DNA of 64,000 nt. Origin: an uncultured Pseudomonadota bacterium (GTDB taxonomy: Bacteria; Pseudomonadota; Alphaproteobacteria; Rs-D84). The stretch spans positions 4,796 to 68,795 of the forward strand of contig CACYHO010000004.1 in NCBI GenBank assembly GCA_902774285.1. The letters are read 5' to 3'. Both the position numbers and the translations under genes were made by a program. Positions 36,402 through 46,419 of this stretch are shown piece after piece; position 1 is the first letter of the stretch; the number at the start of each line of letters is the position of its first letter. The notes beneath the pieces were generated by a model. That model was not told where the DNA came from and did no database searches. It worked only from the letters and a program-made list of their open reading frames with translations.

Positions 36402-36904
36402 TTTTTACACACCTTTGCGTTTGCCATTCCCTCTGACAAGGCTATTATAACACAAAATTGTGAAAAAACAATTATTTGGACAAAAAGGCCCGCCGGTGAA
36501 AAACGACCAATATTGTTAAACATTTCTTCCAGCGCATTTAATTCGATTGCCGCTGGGATTTCTGTTTCGCCATCCGCCATTTTGACATCTTTCAAATCAT
36601 CATCATGCAAAATCTTTGTTTTTGTCACGCGACCATTCTTAACCCATGCCAAAAGCACGGTTTTATCATCATAAGTCTTTGGAAACGGGCCACGCATATT
36701 TTCTTCAGCACTATAGTATACCCAAACTTCATCACCATATATTGTCCGTGTTTGTGGGTCGCCTATTTCATCTTGTAATTGCGCGGTTGTCTTTATATTT
36801 GCAACTTTTGTTTCCAAATCACTTGGGAAAACATACCCACGATGTTTTGTTTGAAAAGTGCACGCAGCCAATCCCAACATTAATAAAACAAATAATTTTT
36901 TCAT
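36383..36904 (-). CDS. bamE: Outer-membrane assembly lipoprotein BamE (SmpA/OmlA)
   Basis: Lipobox LGLAACT and HRGYVFPSDLETKV ... DEIGDPQ pattern. ATG at 36904 chosen. The 3' end overlaps the carD start by 19 nt. Confidence 0.7.
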   Translation of the reverse strand: MKKLFVLLMLGLAACTFQTKHRGYVFPSDLETKVANIKTTAQLQDEIGDPQTRTIYGDEVWVYYSAEENMRGPFPKTYDDKTVLLAWVKNGRVTKTKILHDDDLKDVKMADGETEIPAAIELNALEEMFNNIGRFSPAGLFVQIIVFSQFCVIIALSEGMANAKVCKKCQLKN

Positions 36905-36905
36905 C

Positions 36906-39900
36906 TTACCCTTCCCCGTTGTCTTTATTTTTTTGAACAGCGAAATTCGCAATATGTTGCTTTAATTCTGTTTTATATAAATTGTTCGCTTTGGCTTCTT
37001 CGACCAATTTATCAAAATTAGGATTTACAGAACGCGCCAATGCAAATCGTGTTTCAGATTTCATAAATTCTTCCAGCGGGAACGGTGTTGTCACTTTTGA
37101 ATCCAAAGTCAAAGGATTCAAACCGTTTTCAATATTCGCAGGATTAAATCTGTATAATGGCCATGCACCTGTATTCACCAAATTGATTTGATGTTCGACG
37201 CCATTTTGCAATGCAAATCCATGTGCAATACATGGTGCATACGCTAAAATAATTGATGGGCCATTGAACGCTTCTGCTTCGCGGAATGCACGCACAGCCT
37301 GGGCCTGATTAACCCCAATTGCAATCTGTGCAACATATGCGCCCGACATCATCGCAATTAAACCTAAATCTTTCTTTGCGTGTTCTTTACCACCAATCGC
37401 AAACTTCATAGACGCCCCAAATGGCGTAGATTTAGATTGTTGACCACCTGTATTTGAATATCCTTCGGTGTCAAGCACCAATATATTTACATTTTCCCCA
37501 CTGTGTAAAATATGATCGACACCACCATATCCAATATCATAAGCCCAACCGTCACCACCAACAATCCATACAGATTTATCAACAATTGCATCCAACAAAC
37601 TTTCCGCATATCTTGCACGTGGATTATCGATATTTGACAATTGAACACGCAAACTGTTTTGCAATTCACGTTGGTTTTCTGTCCCAGTTGTATTCATAAT
37701 CTGTTCAACATTTTCGAATCCAAGTTCAAACAGAACACTGCGTAATGCAGATTTTCTTTGATTCAAGGCAATACGCATACCCAAACCATATTCTGCATTA
37801 TCTTCAAATAAAGAATTAGACCATGCCGGACCACGTCCATCCTTGTCCTTGCACCATGGTGTAGTTGGCAAATTTCCACCATAAATTGAAGAACACCCTG
37901 TTGCATTGGCAACAACCATTTTATCACCAAACAAATGCGCCATTAAACGAACATATGGTGTTTCCCCACATCCAGCGCACGCACCAGGAAATTCAAAATA
38001 ATGTGGCAACAATTCAACATGCTTTGGAATATTCAAATTTAATTTTTGTTTATCAATATCTGGTATATTCAATGCGGCATCAAAAGTTTTTTGGTTTTTT
38101 ATACCTTCGGCCATTGGTACCAATGATAAAGCCCCAACAGGACAATTCTTCATACACAAACCACAACCTGTACAATCTGATGGCGAAATGTTCAAAGTAT
38201 AAAATAAACCAGCACCCAATTCTGGCGTTTTCATTTGAACAACTGTTATGCCATTTGCGCGTGCGGCCGCCATTTCTTTTTCACCCATGACTTTGATACG
38301 AATTGCACCATGTGGGCAAAGCATAGAACATTTTCCACATTGTATACATTTATCCAGATCGCACACCGCAACACGTGTAGCCAAAGCACGTTTTTCATAT
38401 TTTGATGTTCCAACAGGATATTGACCACCACCAAATGTTCCATCTATTTTAAATCTGGATACAGGTATTTCATCACCACGACCAGCCGCCATTTCACCCA
38501 AAGTTCCCGCAATTTCAGAAGGTGTATTCGCTGTCATAGCAGGTATAAAATCTGGTGCTAATTCTGAAACACTGGATGGCAAATTGTATTTTTTCAAATA
38601 AGATTCTGCTTTATCAACAGCCGCCCAATTTGCATGAACAACATCCATACCTTTCTTTTTATAAGTTTTTTCAATTGCAACCTTGGCCGCATCTTTTGCT
38701 GTATCAGGGCTTATAACTTTTGTTAAGTTAAAGAAATTCAACATAATAAATGTGTTGATTCGATTACCCAACCCCAATTCATTTGCCGCCGCATTAGCAT
38801 CCAAGAAATAAACATTTGCACGCATACGAATCAAATGTTCTTGTGCGTCGCGTGGTAAATTCACAAATGCTTCATCTGGTGTCATAGAAGTATTTATCAT
38901 AACTGTTCCACCAGCACGCAAAGATGAAAATACATCAAACCTTTGTGCAATCATAAAATTAGAAACACATATAAAATCTGCACTGTCTACCAAATATTCA
39001 CTTTTAATTGGTGTTGGTGAAAAACGTATATGCGATTGTGTTATACCACCAGATTTTTTAGAATCATAAACAGCATAAGATTGCGGATATAATTCAGAAT
39101 TTTCACCAACTATTTTTACAATATTTTTAACCGCACCAACTGTTCCGTCACTGCCAATACCATAAAGTATCGCGGTTTGTACATCTGGGTTTTCTATTGT
39201 GAAAGTCTTATCAGTATTCAATGATAAATGTGTTAAATCATCATCAATGCCAACTGTGAAATTATGATGTAATTCACCACGCATCATGTATTCAACAATA
39301 GCCTTTACATCACGCGGTTTAAATTCTTTAGACCCCAAACCATATCTTCCACCAAATACCTTTATCTTTGAATCTACAATACTGCGAACATTTTGGTAAA
39401 GAGGTTCTCCGATTGAGCCAGCCTCTTTCGTTCTGTCCAACACTGCAATTTGTTCGACACTTTCTGGCAAAGCTTTCAAGAAGGCATCAACAGGGAAAGG
39501 ATTAAATAAATGAACACGAATCAAACCAACACCGCGTGGTAAATATGGCAAAGTTTCTTCTATTGTTTCACAACTTGATCCCATAGAAACAATTACATAT
39601 TTTGCATCTTTATCACCAACATAATCAACAACACCATATTTACGACCAGTAAGACGAGCAAATTTTTCCATTTCTTCTGTAACAATTTGTGGCAACGCAT
39701 CATATAAAGGATTCGCTGCTTCGCGTCCTTGGAAATAAACATCCGGGTTTTGTGCGGTTCCACGAATTGTTGGATTATCAGGCGACATACCATGCTTACG
39801 ATTTTTTACAACCAATTCATCTGGTAACATTTCGCGTAAAACATCATCATCTATTCTTTCCAATGCAGATTCTTCGTGACTGGTTCTGAATCCATCAAAG

Positions 39901-40403
39901 AAATGTAAAAAAGGAACGCGACTTCTTAAAGTTGCAGCATGTGCGATTGCCGCCATATCATGTGCCGATTGAACATTATGTGATGACAACAACGCAAAGC
40001 CCGTATTACGCACAGCCATAACATCACCATGATCACCGAAGATAGATAATGCATGTGTGGCCAAAGCGCGTGCCGCAACATGCATAACAAAAGGTGTCTG
40101 TTCGCCCGCGATTTTATACATATTTGGAATCATTAATAATAAACCCTGGGACGCAGTAAAAGTTGTTGCCAAAGCACCCATTTGCAATGCACCGTGCAAA
40201 GCCCCCGCCGCGCCTGCTTCCGATTGCATTTCGATTATTTGCGGTGTTGCACCCCAAATATTTTTCTTATGCTGAAACGCCCATTCATCAGACAATTCAC
40301 CCATAGTACTGCTTGGGGTAATCGGATAAATCGCTGCACAATCAACACAACGATACGCAACATCTGCAGCAGCCCAATTTCCATCAACAATAAACTTTGA
40401 CAT
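36906..40403 (-). CDS. nifJ: Pyruvate:ferredoxin (flavodoxin) oxidoreductase, single-polypeptide type
   Basis: 1165 aa. Two ferredoxin-type clusters (CIQCGKCSMLCPHGA and CTGCGLCMKNCPVGA). TPP domain GGDGWAYDIGYGG. N-terminal MSKFIVDGNWAAADVAY. Confidence 0.95.
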   Translation of the reverse strand: MSKFIVDGNWAAADVAYRCVDCAAIYPITPSSTMGELSDEWAFQHKKNIWGATPQIIEMQSEAGAAGALHGALQMGALATTFTASQGLLLMIPNMYKIAGEQTPFVMHVAARALATHALSIFGDHGDVMAVRNTGFALLSSHNVQSAHDMAAIAHAATLRSRVPFLHFFDGFRTSHEESALERIDDDVLREMLPDELVVKNRKHGMSPDNPTIRGTAQNPDVYFQGREAANPLYDALPQIVTEEMEKFARLTGRKYGVVDYVGDKDAKYVIVSMGSSCETIEETLPYLPRGVGLIRVHLFNPFPVDAFLKALPESVEQIAVLDRTKEAGSIGEPLYQNVRSIVDSKIKVFGGRYGLGSKEFKPRDVKAIVEYMMRGELHHNFTVGIDDDLTHLSLNTDKTFTIENPDVQTAILYGIGSDGTVGAVKNIVKIVGENSELYPQSYAVYDSKKSGGITQSHIRFSPTPIKSEYLVDSADFICVSNFMIAQRFDVFSSLRAGGTVMINTSMTPDEAFVNLPRDAQEHLIRMRANVYFLDANAAANELGLGNRINTFIMLNFFNLTKVISPDTAKDAAKVAIEKTYKKKGMDVVHANWAAVDKAESYLKKYNLPSSVSELAPDFIPAMTANTPSEIAGTLGEMAAGRGDEIPVSRFKIDGTFGGGQYPVGTSKYEKRALATRVAVCDLDKCIQCGKCSMLCPHGAIRIKVMGEKEMAAARANGITVVQMKTPELGAGLFYTLNISPSDCTGCGLCMKNCPVGALSLVPMAEGIKNQKTFDAALNIPDIDKQKLNLNIPKHVELLPHYFEFPGACAGCGETPYVRLMAHLFGDKMVVANATGCSSIYGGNLPTTPWCKDKDGRGPAWSNSLFEDNAEYGLGMRIALNQRKSALRSVLFELGFENVEQIMNTTGTENQRELQNSLRVQLSNIDNPRARYAESLLDAIVDKSVWIVGGDGWAYDIGYGGVDHILHSGENVNILVLDTEGYSNTGGQQSKSTPFGASMKFAIGGKEHAKKDLGLIAMMSGAYVAQIAIGVNQAQAVRAFREAEAFNGPSIILAYAPCIAHGFALQNGVEHQINLVNTGAWPLYRFNPANIENGLNPLTLDSKVTTPFPLEEFMKSETRFALARSVNPNFDKLVEEAKANNLYKTELKQHIANFAVQKNKDNGEG

Positions 40404-40559
40404 TTGTACCCTTCCCTGAATTTTAAAAAATATATTTATGTGTATGAAAGATATTAGTGCTTTTGCACAATTAAGGCAAGATGATATTTTATAAAAAACA
40501 TTGACAAATTATAGATTTTGTATTAAATATATACACATAATATAATAAGAGGATGAAAA

Positions 40560-41051
40560 ATGTCTAGAACGAATACCGATAATTTTGGTGATTTTTTGTT
40601 GGTAATGATAGTGGTAGTAATACCTCTTTTATATGTTAGCATATCCCCTATCGTCGATAGCAAAAAATACGCCAGGAAGCAAACTGAAATCGCATCGAAT
40701 TTTGCACACTATAACGCGGTAAATTCTGTTGATACAATAAATTTTGACGGCACACCAATTGATGTAAAGGCCGCACGTAAAGATTCTGCAACAGCCATTA
40801 AACAAATGCGCAAAGCCACACGTCGTTTTCATAAAGATGACTGTTTCGACTATTTTAATGATTCTCCTAAACTCATTGTTTCATATGATCCGACAGATAC
40901 AGCAAAAACAAATCCACATTACAGCTGGACAAAATGGCATTTAAATATAGATAAGGCGATGGAAGATTCGACTTTTGCTGCATCTTACAACAGATATTAC
41001 AAAGCAATTCAACAACTTGAAATCGCACGCCGACACGGCAAGATAAAATAA
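40560..41051 (+). CDS. Membrane-anchored hypothetical protein, tandem paralog 1
   Basis: 163 aa with N-terminal TM segment (FLLVMIVVVIPLLYV). Shares with the next gene the blocks DTINF/YxD..ID.K.ARKDS, INKAM.DS.FA..YN.Y and AI.QLEIARR. Confidence 0.6.
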   Translation: MSRTNTDNFGDFLLVMIVVVIPLLYVSISPIVDSKKYARKQTEIASNFAHYNAVNSVDTINFDGTPIDVKAARKDSATAIKQMRKATRRFHKDDCFDYFNDSPKLIVSYDPTDTAKTNPHYSWTKWHLNIDKAMEDSTFAASYNRYYKAIQQLEIARRHGKIK

Positions 41052-41269
41052 CAAAAGGCACAAAAAATGAGAAGTATTTTTGATTGTTTTGCAAATCTTG
41101 ATAGCGAAGAAAAATTTGGAACAATTATGTGTGGTGACAATTATTTCCAGCAAAGTAATTGATGAAAACAACCAAGAAAAATACATTATCAATCGATATT
41201 TAAACAAATATTGACAATTATAAATTTTTGTATTATGTTTTGAACACTATAAAATAAAAGGATGAAACT

Positions 41270-41821
41270 ATGAGTTATTCAAGAGATGACGAATCAGGTG
41301 AAACATTGGGTTGTTTAGTATTTGCCGCAATCATAGTTATTCCTGCGACAATATGGGCTTTAATAGGTGATGGCGAAAAACAGATTAAACGTGACGCGCA
41401 AACAAAACCAGTATTAACGAAAGCACACGAACAAGCAGTTGCTGCTGTTGACACAATAAATTACAATGATGTTATAATTGATACAAAAAATGCGCGCAAA
41501 GATTCTGTACGCACAACAAAACAAATGTATAAAATTATGGATATCATATATGAAAACAAAACAAAACGCTTTTTTGATTATGTCCAAGATTCTATTCCTA
41601 TAAAATCAAATTATAGCAGAACAATAAATACATACGTTGATTCTGTTAGCCATGATACAGTTCGTGTTGTGTGGTCTCGTCACAAAACAATAAGCGGAGC
41701 ATCCCCAAAATTTAATATAAATAAAGCAATGAATGATTCCGCATTTGCCACAACATATAATCAGTATTGCGAAGCGATTAAACAATTGGAAATTGCACGT
41801 CGTCAACAAAATGTAAAATAA
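41270..41821 (+). CDS. Membrane-anchored hypothetical protein, tandem paralog 2
   Basis: 183 aa. Same architecture and conserved blocks as 40560-41051. Confidence 0.6.
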   Translation: MSYSRDDESGETLGCLVFAAIIVIPATIWALIGDGEKQIKRDAQTKPVLTKAHEQAVAAVDTINYNDVIIDTKNARKDSVRTTKQMYKIMDIIYENKTKRFFDYVQDSIPIKSNYSRTINTYVDSVSHDTVRVVWSRHKTISGASPKFNINKAMNDSAFATTYNQYCEAIKQLEIARRQQNVK

Positions 41822-41845
41822 AAAAACTGGGTAAAAACCCAGTTT

Positions 41846-43312
41846 TTATTTTTTTGATTTTTTATCAGAATCTTTCTTTTCTGATTTTTCAGATTTGACT
41901 TCTTCTTTGGTTTCGACTTCTTCTTCGACTTTTTCGATGTTCTTTTTGCCAATCTTTGACAAAGCACGAACCATATCCATCGCACGTTGTAATTGATAAT
42001 CGCGCGCATCTTTTTCTTCATCAGTCAAACTTAAATAATCTTCTTCGTCTTCATCTTCGTCATCTGACTTTTTAGATTTCTTGGAATCTTTTTTCTTTGA
42101 TTTGTCTTTTTTAGACGACGCATCGTTTTTCAAAGAATTATTGAAAGTCGCTTCTGTGAACAAAGATTCTTTCTTTTCTAATGTTTCAACTTTACTTTGC
42201 AAAACTTCGATATCTGGCGTAATACCTTCATTTTGAATTGAACGACCACTTGGCGTGTAATAACGTGCGATTGTTATATGTATTGCAGAACCATCACCCA
42301 GAGGTTTTTGTTGTTGCACAGATCCTTTACCAAAACTTTGCGATCCCATCACAATTGCACGTCCATTATCTTGCAATGCACCCGCAACAATTTCAGATGC
42401 AGATGCAGAACCATGATTTATCAAAACAACGACAGGTTTGCCATTTATCAAATCACCAGGTTTTGCAAACACTCTTTCAATATCTGCTTTTTCTTTACCA
42501 CGTGTTGATACAATTTCGCCGTCGTCCAAAAACGCATCAGACATTTCAATTGCAGCTGTCAAATACCCCCCAGGGTTGTTGCGCAAATCAAGAACATAGC
42601 CAGCAACATTTTTCTTTTCCAAATCTTTCAACGCATCCTTTAATTCTTTTGTTGTTGTTGCACCAAAATCTGAAACACGTAAATAACCAATCTTTGGCAA
42701 TTTATCATCGTCTTCAGCAGCAGCATCCGATTTTTCACTGAACTTTATAGATTTCACTTTGATAATTGCACGCTTAAGCGTCATTACTTTTGGTTCATTA
42801 CCATCATGAACGACTGTCAATTTAACTGTTGTTCCTGGTTTACCTTTCATCTTTTTAACAGCCTGATTCAGATTCATATCAAAGACCTGTTCACCATCAA
42901 TATGGGTTATGTAATCGCCTGCTTCGATGCCGGCCTTTGCCGCAGGCGTATCATCAATTGGCGAAATAACACGAATTGCGCCCTTGTCACTGGTTATCTG
43001 AATGCCAAGACCGCCAAATTCACCATGTGACTTATCATTAAATTCTTTAAAATCTTCCGAAGACAAATATGAAGAATGCGGATCTAATGCCCCCAACATA
43101 CCATTCATTGCGCCTTCTAACATCTTGCGTTCATCGGCTTCTTCTACAAATTTATCACGCGCAGTTTCAAACACCAGCGCCAGTTTTTTCAATTCACTGT
43201 AAATCTGTTCATCCGTCAAATGCACAACAGGTTCATCTTTCTTTTCTTTTTTTGGTGCTGCATCGCAGACAAACGGCGTTAAAAGTGCCAAAACTAACAA
43301 AAATTTCTTCAT
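41846..43312 (-). CDS. ctpA: Carboxy-terminal processing (S41) peptidase with a K/E/D-rich tail
   Basis: PDZ region (GIEAGDYITHIDG). S41 catalytic region (NHGSASASEIVAGALQD ... SFGKGSVQ). ATG at 43312 gives signal MKKFLLVLALLTPFVCDA. Confidence 0.9.
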   Translation of the reverse strand: MKKFLLVLALLTPFVCDAAPKKEKKDEPVVHLTDEQIYSELKKLALVFETARDKFVEEADERKMLEGAMNGMLGALDPHSSYLSSEDFKEFNDKSHGEFGGLGIQITSDKGAIRVISPIDDTPAAKAGIEAGDYITHIDGEQVFDMNLNQAVKKMKGKPGTTVKLTVVHDGNEPKVMTLKRAIIKVKSIKFSEKSDAAAEDDDKLPKIGYLRVSDFGATTTKELKDALKDLEKKNVAGYVLDLRNNPGGYLTAAIEMSDAFLDDGEIVSTRGKEKADIERVFAKPGDLINGKPVVVLINHGSASASEIVAGALQDNGRAIVMGSQSFGKGSVQQQKPLGDGSAIHITIARYYTPSGRSIQNEGITPDIEVLQSKVETLEKKESLFTEATFNNSLKNDASSKKDKSKKKDSKKSKKSDDEDEDEEDYLSLTDEEKDARDYQLQRAMDMVRALSKIGKKNIEKVEEEVETKEEVKSEKSEKKDSDKKSKK

Positions 43313-43460
43313 TGAAAAATCCCTTTCTTTCAAAGCATAGCATAATAAAAATCAAAACTTTGTGCAACACGATTTTTATATAAAATTTTAGAAATTAAAT
43401 TATTGACAAATCGATTATTTGTATTATATTTATATAAAAATAACACCTAAGGTGCAGAAA

Positions 43461-44213
43461 ATGACGAAAAACAAAATAAAAACCTATTCTTCAAAGGTTT
43501 TGTCTGTTCAAGAATCTGTTGAAGAAAACAAAGCGATTATTACCAGATGCATTTCTGGGTCTAATATCAAAAGATTGAACAACATAAATTGGTTGCGTCA
43601 CGAAATTGCATGGAACGAACCACAAGTTTTGTTTTGGATGCCAAAAAACGAACAAGCACCATATTTTGATTACAGTTGCACCAAGGGTTTAGGCGACGCA
43701 TACGATTACATTCTTGATCCCGAACATCAAAAAGAAATAACAAAAACAACCATATGTGATGTTCACTGGTTAATCGCACATGACACACATATTTTGCCAG
43801 GGCAATATAGAACAGCTCCAAAAATTTTGGAAATAACTGTGAACGGTGGCCGACTTCATACACCCGACCCATCACTTATCCCACAATTGTTGGACAATGT
43901 TTTTTATGAATACAAACACAGCACAAAACCAGATCCTTTGCGCGCATTTGATTTACACTATAATCTTATTATGGTTCACCCATTTGATGACTATAACAAA
44001 CGCACATCAAGAATGATTATGAATTTGGCTTTGTTACAATGCGGATATCGTCCAATCGTATTTAACCGTAAAACAGATAAAGAAGGTTATCGCAAGGCAT
44101 TATCTGCAATGGCTAACGGAGATGCTAAATCTTATTACAGATATATGTACAATACGATGAAAGCTTCTCAGGATCAGATCATAACCCAATTAAGAAGTTC
44201 AAATATTAAATAA
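43461..44213 (+). CDS. Fic/DOC-family protein with a degenerate active-site motif
   Basis: HPFDDYNKRTSR occupies the position of HxFx(D/E)GNGRxxR. ATG at 43461 follows TAAGGTG. Confidence 0.7.
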   Translation: MTKNKIKTYSSKVLSVQESVEENKAIITRCISGSNIKRLNNINWLRHEIAWNEPQVLFWMPKNEQAPYFDYSCTKGLGDAYDYILDPEHQKEITKTTICDVHWLIAHDTHILPGQYRTAPKILEITVNGGRLHTPDPSLIPQLLDNVFYEYKHSTKPDPLRAFDLHYNLIMVHPFDDYNKRTSRMIMNLALLQCGYRPIVFNRKTDKEGYRKALSAMANGDAKSYYRYMYNTMKASQDQIITQLRSSNIK

Positions 44214-44220
44214 AACACAA

Positions 44221-44245
44221 ACGCCCCGATGGGCGTTTTATTTTT
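44221..44245 (+). terminator. Terminator after the Fic gene
   Basis: ACGCCC-cgat-GGGCGT followed by a T-run. Confidence 0.65.
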
Positions 44246-44294
44246 GCAAAATCCACGATTTACATTTTTTTCTTGTTTTGATAGAATATAAACG

Positions 44295-45377
44295 ATGATA
44301 AAAAACAAATTTATTTTGTGTGGTATTTGTTTATGTTATGGCGCCATGCCAGCATTTGGCGCAAATACAGAATTAACTAAAATTCAAAATCAAATAAAAC
44401 AAACAGAAATTCAAAATAAAAAAATCGAACAGCAATTACAAACATCCAATAAAGATGTGGAAAAAACAAAAAAACAATTGGTCAAAGCCGCTGACAAAGT
44501 CAGCAATCTTGAAGAACAACGCGGTGCATTGATAAAACGCATCACAGAATTAGACAAACAACGCGATAAAATTAATATCGAATTGGCACAAAGTCATAAT
44601 GGAATAACAGACGCTACTGCCAGCATGTTATTTATTGCGTCAAATCCTAATTTCGATGCACAAACGATGCACGATTATGTTTTGACATCTGTTATGTTAT
44701 CTGCTGTATCTGAAAAATTTGATGATCAAATAATGGATGCGACACAAAAATTAAAAGAATTAGACAAGATCCATGAAAGTCGAACAATCGAAAAAGAAAA
44801 ATTAGATCGCAGTGCAAAAAAATACACCAACGAAAAAAAAGAATTGGATAAATTATTAAAAACACGTTCTGCACAAAATGAAAAATTAAAAAACCAACAA
44901 ATCGCTCTACAAGATAAATTAAAACAATTATCGGCACGTGCTAAAAATATTTCTGAATTATCTGCAGGGGTTGGTTCTTCCGAAATGTCCAGCGATGCTA
45001 AATTTTCAAAACGCAAATTAAATGTCCCTGTGCGTGGAAAACTGGTTGTAAGGTATGGAGAAAAAACTGCACTTGGCCTTAAATCAGATGGATGGCGCAT
45101 ACGTACACGTGGCAATGCATTAGTTATGGCACCAGCCGATGGAACCGTTAAATTTGCGGACAGTTTCCGTGGTTTTGGCAAAGTGGTTATCATGTCCCAC
45201 AAAAACGGTTATAACACTGTTATGACAAACATGGGATCAATCGATGCAATTGTTGGACAAGAAGTTTTGGCAGGCGAACCTGTTGGTCGTATGAATGAAA
45301 ATCGTCCAGAAATGTATTTGGAAGTTCGCCGTGGCGATAAATCTGTTGACCCTGCCCGTTTATTTAATGAACCTTAG
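44295..45377 (+). CDS. EnvC-like murein hydrolase activator (coiled coil plus degenerate LytM domain)
   Basis: Signal peptide, a long K/Q/E coiled coil, and a C-terminal M23-like fold lacking the HxxxD/HxH metal ligands (GFGKVVIMSHKNGYNTVMTNMG). Confidence 0.75.
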   Translation: MIKNKFILCGICLCYGAMPAFGANTELTKIQNQIKQTEIQNKKIEQQLQTSNKDVEKTKKQLVKAADKVSNLEEQRGALIKRITELDKQRDKINIELAQSHNGITDATASMLFIASNPNFDAQTMHDYVLTSVMLSAVSEKFDDQIMDATQKLKELDKIHESRTIEKEKLDRSAKKYTNEKKELDKLLKTRSAQNEKLKNQQIALQDKLKQLSARAKNISELSAGVGSSEMSSDAKFSKRKLNVPVRGKLVVRYGEKTALGLKSDGWRIRTRGNALVMAPADGTVKFADSFRGFGKVVIMSHKNGYNTVMTNMGSIDAIVGQEVLAGEPVGRMNENRPEMYLEVRRGDKSVDPARLFNEP

Positions 45378-46345
45378 AATTCAAAACGCAAACCAACATT
45401 TACCGTGGTATAAATCATATTATCAGCACTGAACCAATCCCTGTGCGCAGAACCATCACTGTTTGCTATTGTCCATGTAGTTTTTGGGATATACATGAAA
45501 CGCGCGCCTAAATCAACAAACGTATATTCGTTTATTCCATATGATGCGCCAATCATTCCTAACAAAGCAAAATTATTTGATGTTGGATATTTCTCTGCAT
45601 CCGTAGGATTATCAAAAACCAATATACCATTTACAAGTGTCCCATAATTATTCAAATCACTATCTTGAGACAAATCACCAAATATATCAGTTAATTTAAC
45701 CGTCGTCTTAGACATCGCATATCCCGCACCAACACCAATATAAGGGATAAAAGTATTCAAAGGTTTCTTCGTTCCTTCAAAGAAATCATATACAGCCGCA
45801 ACAGATATAACATCAGTGGTAAGTGTTGATTGTACGCCACTGCTGTAAACATGTGCGCGCGTACCAGATGTTAAATTAATCTCGCCTTCGAACAAAGGTA
45901 TCCTATCATAAGTTATTTCAGAAACATGATCAAACGCAGCTTGAAGACGCCACTGCGGATGATAAGGAAGTGAAAAACCGATATAACCACCAGCTGCAAA
46001 TGCTGTTTTTGACAGATTCTTTGCAGCAGGTATTTCAGATACATCACCAATACCAATATAATTATAGTCCGCGCGTTGCGTTGAATCGAGCATACTGTAA
46101 GCAGTACCAGAAATTACAATACCAGACGAAGAATTGGCATAATAATCTGTTTGCACACTGCCCATGTCATTTTTAATTTTGCCGTTTACAAAACTGATAC
46201 CACCATAACCACCGATAACAAATCTGGATCCATCGTCATTATAATAGCCATCTTTAATGTAATAACCATTATATTGCCACCCAGCAAAAGCCGGTATAGC
46301 CGATACACAACAGGCAAACAAAAATAAAATTTTGTGCAATTTCAT
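45374..46345 (-). CDS. Outer-membrane beta-barrel protein (porin-like)
   Basis: Signal MKLHKILFLFACCVSAIPAFA. Alternating-hydrophobicity strands. C-terminal ...VNVGLRFEF. Confidence 0.7.
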   Translation of the reverse strand: MKLHKILFLFACCVSAIPAFAGWQYNGYYIKDGYYNDDGSRFVIGGYGGISFVNGKIKNDMGSVQTDYYANSSSGIVISGTAYSMLDSTQRADYNYIGIGDVSEIPAAKNLSKTAFAAGGYIGFSLPYHPQWRLQAAFDHVSEITYDRIPLFEGEINLTSGTRAHVYSSGVQSTLTTDVISVAAVYDFFEGTKKPLNTFIPYIGVGAGYAMSKTTVKLTDIFGDLSQDSDLNNYGTLVNGILVFDNPTDAEKYPTSNNFALLGMIGASYGINEYTFVDLGARFMYIPKTTWTIANSDGSAHRDWFSADNMIYTTVNVGLRFEF

Positions 46346-46401
46346 TATGGATTTAATTATATCATAAAAACAACATTAAAAAAAGAACAAAGCAATAAAA
46401 A

Positions 46402-46417
46402 ATGCCCAAATGGGCAT
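46402..46417. terminator. Terminator hairpin downstream of the BOF gene
   Basis: ATGCCC-aaat-GGGCAT flanked by an A-run and a T-run. Confidence 0.55.
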
Positions 46418-46419
46418 TT

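Noticed and set aside
26770-40403. Numerous 60-170-aa ORFs antisense to or out of frame within the autotransporter, PFOR, groEL, ftsH and the Cys-rich genes.
   Set aside because: They are shadow ORFs inside long, well-supported coding regions. They have no independent start signals and their composition mirrors the sense gene.
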